Shown: positions 9,311 to 19,948, counted from the stretch's first letter. The stretch: 64,000 nucleotides of DNA from Thermodesulfobacteriota bacterium (GCA_965216785.1 OZ244197.1:1696001-1760000), one strand, 5' to 3'. Translations and numbers: made by a program. The notes: generated by a model not told the origin, from the sequence alone.

Positions 9311-10204
9311 ATGGTTTCAAGACAGAGAAAGATTTTAAGTTTCCCGGCTAAAGACGGGTTTACGGTAAACGGGATGCTGGTTACCGGGGAATTTAAAAAC
9401 GAGAAGGATTTATATGACTCGCCGATAGTGCTTTTAGTGCATGGTGTCATGGGCAATTTTTTAGCCAGGGGTACCCCGCGGCTGCTCCCAAACGCATTAG
9501 TGGAAAATGGAATTAGCTCATTTTCGATTAATACCAGAATGGCATTTATGGGACAGATATTCGGGGGCGGAATATTTGATGATTCTATTATGGACATCGA
9601 GGCCGCTGTAGACCGTCTGGCAGAGGAAGGGTTTCGGAATATAGTAATACTTGGCTGGAGCCTTGGCGCGAACCAAAGCGTGTACTATGCGGTAAATATC
9701 CACCACCCAAACCTTAAAGGTCTCATACTGGAAGGCTGCTCATACTCGCTGCCGCTATCCAACAAAAAGAGACTCGAGAAGTGGGACAGCATACCTTCCT
9801 ATGACCATATCTACGAAATAGCGAAAAAGGTGCTGGGTAACGACCCTCGCAACTCTAATAACGATAGGGTGTTTATTGTCTATAGAGCATGGGGTCCGAC
9901 GTTTAACCCTTCGGACGTAGAGCTCCACACCTACAAAACATGGTGGTTCATGCGAAGCCCAGAAGCTGAAAACGCAAAGACATTTCAGATTATTTCAGAC
10001 CTCAGTGTCCCTGTTCTCTTTATTCACGGTGAGAACGATTATGCTGTTGACTTGGACGAGCCTAGAGAGCTCAAGCGTATACTGAATGAAGCGGGCAACA
10101 ACGATGTCGAGATAAAATTTATCCCTGACGCCCGCCACGACTGCATGGAAAACCCCGGGGCTACTGTACCTGTGCTCGTAGAGTGGCTCTCGAATATCTC
10201 CTGA
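9311..10204 (+). CDS. Alpha/beta hydrolase (paralogue of upstream gene)
   Basis: LVHGVMGNF, GWSLG, FIHGEND, ARHDC. Confidence 0.88.
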   Translation: MVSRQRKILSFPAKDGFTVNGMLVTGEFKNEKDLYDSPIVLLVHGVMGNFLARGTPRLLPNALVENGISSFSINTRMAFMGQIFGGGIFDDSIMDIEAAVDRLAEEGFRNIVILGWSLGANQSVYYAVNIHHPNLKGLILEGCSYSLPLSNKKRLEKWDSIPSYDHIYEIAKKVLGNDPRNSNNDRVFIVYRAWGPTFNPSDVELHTYKTWWFMRSPEAENAKTFQIISDLSVPVLFIHGENDYAVDLDEPRELKRILNEAGNNDVEIKFIPDARHDCMENPGATVPVLVEWLSNIS

Positions 10205-10230
10205 ACGATAATTTCATACAAAGGGGGTGT

Positions 10231-11427
10231 ATGATGCAACGTCAATGCCAGGTGCTTATAGTAGGCGGTGGAATTACGGGTCTTACGACCGCACGCGAGC
10301 TGTTGAAAAGAGGCGCGGACGGTATCTTGATAATAGAAAAAGAGAAGTCGCTCGGCGCTCACGCAAGCGGTCGCAACAGCGGTGTTCTTCATGCAGGCAT
10401 CTACTATTCCCCTGGAACCAATAAAGCCAGGTTCTGCGTCGAGGGAAACGAGCTTATGAAGGATTACTGCCGCCAAAGGGGGCTCAACTTGGAGGAGTCC
10501 GGCAAGGTAATTGTAGCGGGTGACGAGGATAAGCTAGATGGTCTTGACGAGCTTAAGAGGAGAGCGGATTCAGCAGGCGCAGAGTCCCGTATCATTGATG
10601 ACGAAGAGCTCTCGGAAATAGAGCCCTACGCGGCCAGGAGGGGAAAAGCGCTGTATTCTCCCAAAACGGCTGTCATATCACCGCTTGAAATTCTCGAATC
10701 TCTTAAAGATGAGCTCATAGAAAGTGGGAAGGTGGATATTCTGTTTAGTACATCTTTTACCGGATTAAACGGAAACCGCACAGCGGTTACTTCAACGGGT
10801 GAGATAGATTTTGAAACATTCGTAAATGCTGCGGGTTCGTTCGCGGACAAGGTGGCAGGGCATTTCAGTGTCGGTGAGCAATACAAAGTGCTTCCCTTTA
10901 AGGGGACGTATAAAAAGCTGAGTCCCCGGGCATCACATCTGGTACGCTCTAACATCTACCCTGTGCCCGATCTCAGAAACCCTTTTCTGGGAGTTCATTT
11001 CACTCGGGGCGCGGACGGAAGCGTCTATCTCGGCCCTACCGCGATGCCTGCGCTCGGGCGGGAGGAATACGGGTTCTTAGACGACTTGTCAAAAGAGACG
11101 CTTTCGATACTTTTTAGGGACTCAGTACTTTTTTTCACAAACGACGCTTTTAGGACAGCGGCAATTAGCGAGATAAGAAAGTATTCGAGCTCCTATTTAC
11201 ATAAAGAGGCAAGAAAGCTTGTCCCGGAGATAAAGGAAGAAGACCTGATAGATTCACCAAAAGCAGGTATTCGTCCTCAGCTTGTGGATTGGAGCTCCCG
11301 GGAATTGGTTATGGATTTCCTGGTCCTAAAACAAGCCGATTCTATACATATACTAAACGCAATTTCCCCGGCATTTACATGCTCAATGGCGTTTGCGAAA
11401 TATACGGTCGATCAGTTATCAGCTTAA
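10231..11427 (+). CDS. lhgO: L-2-hydroxyglutarate oxidase (FAD-dependent)
   Basis: GGGITG, HASGRNSGVLHAGIYYSPG, IYPVPD...PFLGVHFT, AGIRPQ, LNAISPAFT. Confidence 0.9.
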   Translation: MMQRQCQVLIVGGGITGLTTARELLKRGADGILIIEKEKSLGAHASGRNSGVLHAGIYYSPGTNKARFCVEGNELMKDYCRQRGLNLEESGKVIVAGDEDKLDGLDELKRRADSAGAESRIIDDEELSEIEPYAARRGKALYSPKTAVISPLEILESLKDELIESGKVDILFSTSFTGLNGNRTAVTSTGEIDFETFVNAAGSFADKVAGHFSVGEQYKVLPFKGTYKKLSPRASHLVRSNIYPVPDLRNPFLGVHFTRGADGSVYLGPTAMPALGREEYGFLDDLSKETLSILFRDSVLFFTNDAFRTAAISEIRKYSSSYLHKEARKLVPEIKEEDLIDSPKAGIRPQLVDWSSRELVMDFLVLKQADSIHILNAISPAFTCSMAFAKYTVDQLSA

Positions 11428-11539
11428 ATTTGAGGCTCTTACTCCTTGCATATTCGGTGAAGTTTTTACTAAAACTTGCCAAGGGTCTCAAAACCCATAT
11501 AAAATTACAGCCTATCAAATGAATACCCAGAGGAATTAA

Positions 11540-12829
11540 ATGCCTGAACTTAGAATTATCCGCAGCTACGCCGGAGTCCCCGACTCCCATAAAATCGAAT
11601 CGTATATTGAACGGGGTGGGTACCAAGCGCTCCCAAAGGCGCTCAATATGGAGCCGGACGATATTATCGACCTGATCAAAAGAGCAGGGCTCAGGGGAAG
11701 AGGCGGCGCGGGGTTCCCTACGGGAATCAAGTGGGGATTTATTCAGAGGGATTCAAAGAAGCCAATTTACCTTTGCTGTAACGCGGACGAGAGCGAGCCC
11801 GGAAGCTTTAAGGACCGTGAGATAATCGAGCAGGACCCGCACCAAATGTTAGAGGGAATTATTATCGGCTGCTACACGATTAACTCTCACAAATCCTACA
11901 TATATATAAGGGGCGAAATGCCTTACGGCGCGAGTGTTTTAGAGCGCGCTCTACAAGAGGCGTACGAAAACGGCTACCTGGGTAAGAACATCCTTAACTC
12001 CGGCTTTGACCTTGACGTTGTAGTATTCAGGGGCGCGGGCGCATACATATGCGGAGAAGAAACGGGACTGCTAGAGTCGATTGAGGGTAAGAACGGCGAG
12101 CCGAGGCCAAAGCCTCCTTTCCCAGCGCAGATCGGTCTCTTTGGCTGCCCTACCATTGTAAACAATGTTGAGACTCTCGCTTTCGTTCCCCACATTATCA
12201 ACCGCGGGGCTGAGTGGTTCTCAGAGATAGGGACACCAAAGAACACGGGGACAAAGATTTACGGGCTGTGCGGACAGGTAAATAATCCCGGGCTTTACGA
12301 GCTTCCGCTGGGAATTCCGCTTCGGGAGCTGATCGATGAGTACGGGGGCGGGGTGCCGGGAGGCCGGAAAGTAAAAGCTGTTTCTCCGGGGGGCTCTTCA
12401 GCGCCGCTTCTTACAGCGGATGAGCTGGATTTAAAGATGGATTTTGATACTCTCTCGGAGGTGGGGTCTATGTTAGGTACCGCCGGGGTAACGGTGATAG
12501 ACGACGCAACCTGTATGGTGCGTGTAGCCCAGAATCTGGCCCATTTTTACCGCGACGAGTCGTGCGGGCAGTGCGTTCAGTGCAGGGAAGGCACCTGGTG
12601 GCTTGAGAAAATGCTCACCATGATAGAAGAAGGCAGGGGCAGGATGGAGTACATAGATACTCTCCTTGACGCTTGCTCACAGATGAGGGGTACGACGATA
12701 TGCGCCCTCGCTGACGGCTGCGCTATGCCGGTAGAATCTATAGTGAAAAAGTTCCGTCACGAGTTCGAAGAGCATATCAAGCTTGGCAAGTGCCCGTTTG
12801 AGCGTGGGCATTTAGGCGAGTGGTCATAA
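11540..12829 (+). CDS. nuoF: NADH-quinone oxidoreductase subunit F
   Basis: GLRGRGGAGFPTGIKW, CNADESEPGSFKDR, GAGAYICGEET, ESCGQCVQCREG, TICAL. Confidence 0.93.
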   Translation: MPELRIIRSYAGVPDSHKIESYIERGGYQALPKALNMEPDDIIDLIKRAGLRGRGGAGFPTGIKWGFIQRDSKKPIYLCCNADESEPGSFKDREIIEQDPHQMLEGIIIGCYTINSHKSYIYIRGEMPYGASVLERALQEAYENGYLGKNILNSGFDLDVVVFRGAGAYICGEETGLLESIEGKNGEPRPKPPFPAQIGLFGCPTIVNNVETLAFVPHIINRGAEWFSEIGTPKNTGTKIYGLCGQVNNPGLYELPLGIPLRELIDEYGGGVPGGRKVKAVSPGGSSAPLLTADELDLKMDFDTLSEVGSMLGTAGVTVIDDATCMVRVAQNLAHFYRDESCGQCVQCREGTWWLEKMLTMIEEGRGRMEYIDTLLDACSQMRGTTICALADGCAMPVESIVKKFRHEFEEHIKLGKCPFERGHLGEWS

Positions 12830-12928
12830 CTAATAAAACTTCCGTAACCATCCTTTGGTCCGGGTATCTATTGAGTACTCGAATAAGCTTTCAGAATCAG
12901 AATGTGAAAGAAACGTAAAGCGGCCCTA

Positions 12929-13171
12929 TTATTGGACCTTTTCCTTTTCTTCAGAAGAGGAGGGGGGTGTTTCCAGGTCTGTATCCTCAATGTGTTTTTT
13001 CTCGTCTTTTGCGGGAGTTACGTCAATCTCGTCATCCTTCATGGATTTCCTGAACCCTTTGATTCCCTTACCCAGCGATGAGCCCAAATCACCCAATCTG
13101 CTGGGACCGAAAATTAAAAGCAGTATCCCGAGGATTATTAAAAGCTCCCAAATTCCAAGTCCACCGATCAT
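12929..13171 (-). CDS. tatA: Twin-arginine translocase TatA/TatE subunit
   Basis: GLGIWELLIILGILLLIFGPSRLGDLGSSLGKGIKGFRKSM. Confidence 0.93.
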   Translation of the reverse strand: MIGGLGIWELLIILGILLLIFGPSRLGDLGSSLGKGIKGFRKSMKDDEIDVTPAKDEKKHIEDTDLETPPSSSEEKEKVQ

Positions 13172-13376
13172 GTTTACACCTCTGCCTATAAATTACCGTT
13201 ACTACAGTGCAAAGTCAACAAAACCTAGGTGTGTTATGTAGATATATTTTTAGTTAACACTAAGGGTATGGATACTTTGAGAAGAAGATGGGATGGGAGC
13301 ATGGGGATTCTTATCAATTAAATATCTTGCTTGCCAAAGTTCTTACGGTAATATATGCATTAAAGGGATAATTTCT

Positions 13377-13805
13377 ATGATATTAAACAAATCATTGTAC
13401 ATATTGACATCTACCTTATTTCTTTGTCTTGTGTTTACTTTTTCCTGTGACAGTAATAACGCCAACAATGATCTTATATGCAGTGTTCAAGAAATGCAGG
13501 ATAGGTTTGCGGAAACCAACTGCATTGCGGAAGAGTTAGTTATGGGGTGCAGTAATATTAATTGTAGAAATGTTAGTAGACCGGGCATTGGAGAAAAAGA
13601 AATTAGGTTTAGTGGATTCTCGAATCGATGTACGATCCTTGATTGTGAGACTATGGAATGCGAGCTGCTGGTTAGTGGTACGGATTTTGAGCTAGGTTTG
13701 GTTTCTGAATTGGTGATTAGCAAAATAAACGGACTACCAGCGGGAGCGTTTATTATAAACGAAGCAGAAACTCCGTTCGATTGTATCGGTATTGCAGTTA
13801 ATTAA
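13377..13805 (+). CDS. Cys-rich putative lipoprotein
   Basis: Signal peptide ending FTFS-C, then 8 further Cys; start moved to ATG 13377 after AGGGA. Confidence 0.65.
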   Translation: MILNKSLYILTSTLFLCLVFTFSCDSNNANNDLICSVQEMQDRFAETNCIAEELVMGCSNINCRNVSRPGIGEKEIRFSGFSNRCTILDCETMECELLVSGTDFELGLVSELVISKINGLPAGAFIINEAETPFDCIGIAVN

Positions 13806-13834
13806 TTGCAATGCCGAAATGTTTATCTACTACA

Positions 13835-15151
13835 CTACTTGTCCAAGCTACGGTTCTTATTCACAACAGGAAGCGCGTCTTCCCCTGTAATTAGCCGTAC
13901 CCCCCTCTTTCTCGTAAAGTAGTTCCAGGCCCATCTGAAAAATACAACTGCCCTGTTTTCAAACTCGATAAGATAGCTGATGTGAATAAGAGCCCAGACG
14001 AGCCAGGCGAAAAACCCGGAGAAATGGAGTCTGCCGAGGTCGGCAACCGCATGGCTTGAGCCTATTACCGCCATGCTGCCCTTGTCTTTGTATTTAAAGG
14101 GGGCTGTCTCTTTTCCTTTTAACCTGTTTTCTATAAGGAGTGCTACGTATCTGCCCTCCTGCATCGCCACCTGTGCCACACCAGGAAGGGGCTCCCCGCC
14201 TTGGTACGAGTAATTGGCCAGGTCTCCGATAACGAATATGTCGGGATGTCCCGGGATGCTTAAATCAGGGTTTACAACAACGCGGCCCAGCCAGTCAAGC
14301 TCAGCGCCTGTACGCTCTTTAATTTTTCCCCCGAGTTTTGACGCTTTGACCCCGGCGGTCCACAGCATGGTCCTCGATTCTATTTTTTCCGTAGCTCCGT
14401 TCATTTCAATCAAGGCGGTATTGTCCTCTATATTCTTTACCATGGTGTTCAGTCTTACTTCGACTCCGAGCTTAGTCAGCTCTTCCTCAGCTTTCTCGGA
14501 CAGATCGGGGGGATATGTGCGGAGCACCCGGTCGTCGGCCTCGACCAGGATTATTCTGGCCCGGGCGGTATCTATATTCCTGAAATCGGATTTAAGTGTA
14601 GTACGGGAAAGCTCGGCTATGGTTCCGGCAAGCTCGACACCGGTCGGGCCCGCGCCGATAATGAGAAACGTCATCCAAGCCCGCTGCTCATCCGGGTCGC
14701 TCACGCGCTCTGCAGCCTCAAACGAGAGCAGTATCTTTTTCCTTATGGTCAGTGCGTCCTCGATGGTCTTGAGGCCGGGGGCTGTTTTCGACCATTCTTC
14801 ATGACCGAAATAGTGGTGGTTTGAGCCCGTGGCCACAATAAGTGTGTCGTAGCGCAGCTCACCATCGCTGAATAGTACCCTTTTCCCTTCGGGATCAATG
14901 TCACTCACACGGGCGTTTTGTACATATACGTTTTTGTAGCGGCTAAACACCACTCTGAGAGGAGATGCTATCTCTCCCGGAGACAGCCATCCAGCCGCGA
15001 CCTGATACAAAAGAGGCTGGAAAAGATGGAAGTTTCGTTTGTCTATAATCGTAATTTTTACAGATGCCCGGGACAGCATTTTGGCTGCGTATAAACCCCC
15101 GAAGCCCCCGCCGATTATGACAACATGCTTTTTATATTTGCCGTTTTCCAT
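13835..15151 (-). CDS. ndh: Type II NADH dehydrogenase (NDH-2)
   Basis: GGGFGG, HLFQPLLYQVA, GAGPTGVELAG, AQVAMQEG, YKDKGSMAVIG. Start could extend to 15190. Confidence 0.92.
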   Translation of the reverse strand: MENGKYKKHVVIIGGGFGGLYAAKMLSRASVKITIIDKRNFHLFQPLLYQVAAGWLSPGEIASPLRVVFSRYKNVYVQNARVSDIDPEGKRVLFSDGELRYDTLIVATGSNHHYFGHEEWSKTAPGLKTIEDALTIRKKILLSFEAAERVSDPDEQRAWMTFLIIGAGPTGVELAGTIAELSRTTLKSDFRNIDTARARIILVEADDRVLRTYPPDLSEKAEEELTKLGVEVRLNTMVKNIEDNTALIEMNGATEKIESRTMLWTAGVKASKLGGKIKERTGAELDWLGRVVVNPDLSIPGHPDIFVIGDLANYSYQGGEPLPGVAQVAMQEGRYVALLIENRLKGKETAPFKYKDKGSMAVIGSSHAVADLGRLHFSGFFAWLVWALIHISYLIEFENRAVVFFRWAWNYFTRKRGVRLITGEDALPVVNKNRSLDK

Positions 15152-15325
15152 TTTTACTTTATTTCCGGAGACTGTATTGTTAATATACACGCTGAATTTA
15201 TTTCCGGTATGTATAGGAGTTTTACGGGATAGCTTGTAAAATGGTTATTCTGTAAGATAATTTCTGAGCTATACTAAGTCCGTCTAATTAATTTCACGAA
15301 AATTAATAAGCGCTGATAAGGAGCA

Positions 15326-17134
15326 TTGGTAAAAATGAGTGAAGAGCTGTTAGTAGGACTGGCTACGGTAATAGTGCTCGGGATCGGGGCGCAGTGGATT
15401 GCATGGCGCATAAACCTGCCGGCGATACTGCTACTTCTTATCGCGGGGTTTGTTGCGGGTCCTGTTACCGGGTTTTTCAACCCGAACCACGTGTTCGGCG
15501 ACCTCCTGCTTCCCCTTGTATCGGTCTCGGTCGGCATCATATTGTTCGAAGGAGGGCTCAGCCTTAAGTTCTCTGAGTTCAAGGAGATACGTAAGGCTGT
15601 AATTAACCTTGTTACCATAGGAGTTTTGGTTACCTGGGTTCTGAGCACGGCTGCGGCTTACTTCCTGTTCGGTCTTGACTTCAGGCTTTCGGTGCTTTTA
15701 GGAGCGATACTCGTAGTGACCGGGCCTACCGTGATTATCCCGCTGCTGCGTCACGTCCGCCCTTCGGGGAAATCGGGCTCGATAATGAAGTGGGAAGGTA
15801 TTGTTATCGACCCTATAGGCGCCATATTGGCCGTTCTCGTATTCGAGGCCATACTCTCGGGCGGGGTTGCAGAGGCTTCGGAGCAGGTCGGGTTGAGTGT
15901 TATCAAGGCTGCTCTAATTGGAGTTGTATCGGGACTACTCGGCGCGTATATCATTGTAATAGTGCTTAAAAGACACTGGGTGCCGGATTTTCTTCAGAAC
16001 CCTGTGGCGCTGATGACCGTTGTAGCGGCATTCACAGTATCGAATTATTTTCAGACTGAAGCGGGACTCCTTGCCGTCACGGTTATGGGTATAGCGCTTG
16101 CCAATCAGAAGTGGGTGAGCGTAAAGCATATAATGGAGTTTAAAGAAACTCTCCGCGTACTGTTTATTTCAAGCCTATTTATTATTCTCGCCGCCAGGCT
16201 TACGGAAAAAGAGGTCGCCTACGTGCTGAATTATAAGAGCGTCATTTTTCTCGTAATTATGTTTTTTCTCGTGCGCCCGCTATGTGTGTTTGTGTCAACT
16301 TTTACTGCCGACCTGGATATTAAGGAGAAGGTGTTTTTGTCGTGGATGGCTCCCCGGGGAATCGTAGCTGCTGCTGTATCTTCTGTTTTTGCCTTAAGGC
16401 TCATAGAAGCCGGGTATGAGGACGCAGAGCACCTGGTAACGATTACTTTCCTGGTTATAACGGCGACTGTGGCGGTGTACGGCCTTACAGCGTCTCCACT
16501 TGCGAGGTATCTGGGTATTGCGTCTCCCAATCCGCAGGGCGTCTTGATGGTCGGGGCCCACGGCTGGTCAAGAGCGATAGCCAAAGTTCTTCATGAGAGC
16601 GGGTTTCAGGTGTCGCTCGTTGACTCTAACTGGTCTAACATCTCGGCTGCCCGAAACGAGGGGCTTAAAGCTTATTATGAGAATATTCTTCTCGAGGATA
16701 TTTCTGAAGACGTTGATCTTGACGGCATCGGTAAGCTTCTTGCCCTTACTTCAAACGAAGAGGTGAACTCGCTCTCGGCGCTTCATTTTGTCGAGTTTTT
16801 CGGACGTGCCCAGGTCTATCAGCTCTCCAAGCACTCAAAATTCAGCGCCAGGAGCGAGGCCAGCATACCGCAGCATCTGCGCGGCAGGCTATTATTTTCC
16901 CCTGACGCCACTTTCGACTATCTGACTAAACGGTTTACCTCAGGGGCTGTGATAAAGAAAATAACCCTGACTGAAGACTTTGACTACGGGGCGTTTATGT
17001 CTTTATACGAGCACGCTCTCCCGCTGTTTATAATAAAGGAAAGCGGCGAGCTTACCGTTTGCTCTACGGACGTTAAACCCGCGCCTGTGAAAGGTCAGCA
17101 GATAATTGCTCTTGTGAATGAACTCGTGCAGTGA
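15326..17134 (+). CDS. Cation:proton antiporter (CPA1/NhaP type) with C-terminal TrkA-N-like domain
   Basis: About 13 TM helices, VTGPTV, EGIVIDPIG, WMAPRGIVAAA. Start TTG 15326 or ATG 15335. Confidence 0.9.
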   Translation: MVKMSEELLVGLATVIVLGIGAQWIAWRINLPAILLLLIAGFVAGPVTGFFNPNHVFGDLLLPLVSVSVGIILFEGGLSLKFSEFKEIRKAVINLVTIGVLVTWVLSTAAAYFLFGLDFRLSVLLGAILVVTGPTVIIPLLRHVRPSGKSGSIMKWEGIVIDPIGAILAVLVFEAILSGGVAEASEQVGLSVIKAALIGVVSGLLGAYIIVIVLKRHWVPDFLQNPVALMTVVAAFTVSNYFQTEAGLLAVTVMGIALANQKWVSVKHIMEFKETLRVLFISSLFIILAARLTEKEVAYVLNYKSVIFLVIMFFLVRPLCVFVSTFTADLDIKEKVFLSWMAPRGIVAAAVSSVFALRLIEAGYEDAEHLVTITFLVITATVAVYGLTASPLARYLGIASPNPQGVLMVGAHGWSRAIAKVLHESGFQVSLVDSNWSNISAARNEGLKAYYENILLEDISEDVDLDGIGKLLALTSNEEVNSLSALHFVEFFGRAQVYQLSKHSKFSARSEASIPQHLRGRLLFSPDATFDYLTKRFTSGAVIKKITLTEDFDYGAFMSLYEHALPLFIIKESGELTVCSTDVKPAPVKGQQIIALVNELVQ

Positions 17135-17219
17135 AGACGGGGTTAAGTGAATACGTGCTTATGAATATAGCGTTGAAAATGCTAGTGATTACCTGCGGAG
17201 CCCCGCGAAATAATACTGA

Positions 17220-17642
17220 CTAGGTGGTTAAAGCTGCAAGTATGAAGCTTGCGATCAGGAATACCGCTATTATTCCAAGCATGACGACAGGAGTTTTGGG
17301 GTTATATCCCCTGTGGGCGTTGGGAACGCTTGTTTGAGCGAAGCTCTTTCTTCTTTGCATAAGCCCTTTTTTCGGAGCGTCGGCCGCAGCTTGTGTATGT
17401 GCTTCTTCAGGCTCGGCGGTTTCCTGCTCAGACTCAGCCGATTCGGCCTCTTTTTGCTCTACCTCAGCTTCAACCTCTTGGGCTGCTGCAAGTTCTGCCT
17501 CTTCAGGTTCAGCGGTAGAAGGTATATCTTCACCGCCAGTCTCTGATTGGGCCTCTGAAGACTCAAGCTCTTGGGTTTGTTCTACTTCTTTACCTGCTTC
17601 AGCTTCTTGTTGAGGCTCGGCGCCGTCTTTTTTCTCAGTCAT
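17220..17642 (-). CDS. Acidic low-complexity protein with C-terminal membrane anchor
   Basis: Glu/Ala-rich N-terminal ~90 aa, repeated TAEPEEA, C-terminal TM VVMLGIIAVFLIASFILAAL. Confidence 0.7.
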   Translation of the reverse strand: MTEKKDGAEPQQEAEAGKEVEQTQELESSEAQSETGGEDIPSTAEPEEAELAAAQEVEAEVEQKEAESAESEQETAEPEEAHTQAAADAPKKGLMQRRKSFAQTSVPNAHRGYNPKTPVVMLGIIAVFLIASFILAALTT

Positions 17643-17689
17643 GGTATGGTCACTTCCGTTATCTTAATATTTTCTGTTACAGGGACTGA

Positions 17690-18133
17690 TTACATAGGTC
17701 CGAACGCATATTCTTGCGCGACCTTGAGCTGATACTTGAGCTCTTTTACGAGTCTTCTTTGTAAGTCCGACCAGGCCAGCATACCGTAGTAATCGCCGTC
17801 TTCGTCAAGTATGAAGAGGTGAGAAATGTTATGCGTGTTCATCATTTCCACACAGTCGAAAAACGAAGTATCGAGCGTTACGGTGTGAAGAGTGGTGCTC
17901 ATTATCTCAGAAATCTTTACGTCAGAGGGTTTTTTCCCTAGAGCCACTACTTTAGTTGAGAAATCAGCGTGTCCGACCACTCCAACTATATTGTCATCAT
18001 TCATGACCCCGATCGTTCTTACTTTGAAGTTACGCAGTTTGAGCGCAGCAACATCAGCCGTGTCGTTAGCGTCTACGAAGAATACTCTATCCCTAATCCC
18101 GATCAGATCACGTACTTTTAAATCTTCCAGCAT
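17690..18133 (-). CDS. CBS domain protein
   Basis: Two CBS repeats (VGVVGHAD; KISEIMST...HLFILD...GMLAWSD); RBS AGGAGG. Confidence 0.85.
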   Translation of the reverse strand: MLEDLKVRDLIGIRDRVFFVDANDTADVAALKLRNFKVRTIGVMNDDNIVGVVGHADFSTKVVALGKKPSDVKISEIMSTTLHTVTLDTSFFDCVEMMNTHNISHLFILDEDGDYYGMLAWSDLQRRLVKELKYQLKVAQEYAFGPM

Positions 18134-18484
18134 AGTTGCATACCTCCTTATGCGTGGATTTGTCGAGATGGAATTAAAGGCTTAAGCCCCATCTATATAA
18201 CAGAATAACACAAAACAAGTTGTGATTGAAGGGTTTTTTTCATTGTGGTTATGATACGTTTGAAAGGGGTGTAAGTATCTGTCATGATTATATTTACGAC
18301 CTACGGATACTTTGAGTGCTCTCTTTCCTTAGCAATTTTCACAGATAGATATAGATTTTATTCAGAATTGATTAAGATACTTGAATTATTTTGCTTCAAG
18401 CCATACACTAATCGACGGGTCAAAACAGTCCTTTTTTGTTTTTTCGCATCATAAATTAAAACAGCAATCAGGAGGAAATATTAA

Positions 18485-19330
18485 ATGGCAGAATATACGC
18501 ATCCGGACGTGTTGGTCAGCACCGATTGGGTAGCCGAGCATAAAAGTGATCCGGGAGTACGGATAGTAGAGTCTGACGAAGATGTTCTTCTTTACGACGT
18601 TGGTCACATCGAGGGAGCAGTCAAAGTGGACTGGCAGACGGACCTTCAGGACCAGTTGGTAAGGGATTACATAGACAAAGAAAAGTTCGAAAAATTAATG
18701 TCGGAGAAAGGTATTTCAAACGATACAACAGTGGTTTTTTACGGCGACAGAAATAATTGGTGGGCCTGCTACGCTTTTTGGGTTTTCAAGCTCTTCGGAC
18801 ACGAAAACTGTCTTATGATGAACGGCGGAAGACAAAAGTGGATTGATGAGGACCGCCCGCTGGTAAAGGACGTGCCTGAATACTCGTCTACGAGCTATGC
18901 CGTATCGGGAGTAAATGAATCAATCAGGGCGTTTAAGGATGATGTAATGGCCCATATAGGCTCGGGTAATCCGATGATCGATGTACGCTCACCCGGTGAA
19001 TACACAGGGGAGCTTCTCCACATGGAGGCTTATCCTCAGGAAGGCGCGCTCAGAGGCGGTCACATCCCGGGAGCCGCGAATGTGCCCTGGGCTACTGCCG
19101 CAAATGAAGATGGCACGTTTAAGTCCGCGGATGAGCTTATCTCGATCTATAAAGACGACAAGGGGCTTAAGGACGGAGACGACGTAATAGCATACTGCAG
19201 GATTGGGGAGAGATCCTCGCACACATGGTTTGTACTTACTTATCTTCTTGGTTTTGAGAATGTAAGGAATTACGACGGCTCGTGGACGGAGTGGGGCAAC
19301 ATGGTACGCGCTCCAATAGAAAAACCCTGA
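18485..19330 (+). CDS. sseA: Two-domain sulfurtransferase (rhodanese, SseA/CysA type)
   Basis: [48 protein letters not shown]. Confidence 0.93.
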   Translation: MAEYTHPDVLVSTDWVAEHKSDPGVRIVESDEDVLLYDVGHIEGAVKVDWQTDLQDQLVRDYIDKEKFEKLMSEKGISNDTTVVFYGDRNNWWACYAFWVFKLFGHENCLMMNGGRQKWIDEDRPLVKDVPEYSSTSYAVSGVNESIRAFKDDVMAHIGSGNPMIDVRSPGEYTGELLHMEAYPQEGALRGGHIPGAANVPWATAANEDGTFKSADELISIYKDDKGLKDGDDVIAYCRIGERSSHTWFVLTYLLGFENVRNYDGSWTEWGNMVRAPIEKP

Positions 19331-19354
19331 CTTTAAAGTAGAAAACAATCTTAC

Positions 19355-19390
19355 AGAGGGCGCGGACTGAATGTCTAGCGCCCTTTTTTA
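19355..19390 (+). terminator. Intrinsic terminator
   Basis: AGGGCGC...GCGCCCT stem followed by a T run. Confidence 0.7.
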
Positions 19391-19471
19391 TTGCCGCTCT
19401 AGGCCGATTTAGGTCAATTCAGGTTGATTTAGTCCGATTAGAGAATATCTTTAGACATAATAGGATTTAAC

Positions 19472-19897
19472 ATGAACATAGAAGAGATTATTCAAGAGTT
19501 TCAGGAAGCGGATTTTCAGGAGACGCTTGCAATTTTGCTCGATTACTCAGAAGGGCTTCCAAAGCTGCCCGAAGAGTTTGAGGAATCTAGGGACGCGGGT
19601 TATAACCGTGTGACAGAGTGCGAGACTCCGGTGTTTGTATTTGTAAAGCTCGAGGACGGAAAGGTGAGGATATTTGCCGACGTTCCCGAGGAGTCTCCGA
19701 CTGTCAGGGGCTTTGTAGCGCTACTTGTGGACGCCTTTGACGGCTTGACCCCAGAGGAGATTGAAAGCGCTCCCTCAAACCTGATCAACAGCCTCGGGTT
19801 AGATCAGAAACTCGGTACGAGGCGAATGTTCGGGCTTAGCGCTGTATATGCCCGCATTAAGAAAGAAGTAAAAAAGGCGCAGCAAATTCAGCAATAG
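19472..19897 (+). CDS. sufE: SufE family sulfur-acceptor protein
   Basis: RVTECETPVF (conserved Cys), ESPTVRGF, LGL...RRMFGL. Confidence 0.85.
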   Translation: MNIEEIIQEFQEADFQETLAILLDYSEGLPKLPEEFEESRDAGYNRVTECETPVFVFVKLEDGKVRIFADVPEESPTVRGFVALLVDAFDGLTPEEIESAPSNLINSLGLDQKLGTRRMFGLSAVYARIKKEVKKAQQIQQ

Positions 19898-19948
19898 TTT
19901 TCGAATTGAGGTAAGTAAAAAAAATTACATAGCGGCGGTGATTTTAAT

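Noticed and set aside
14214-14804. 196-aa plus-strand ORF, and similar long antisense ORFs at 7215-7757 and 29271-29672
   Set aside because: Fully overlap well-supported genes on the opposite strand.
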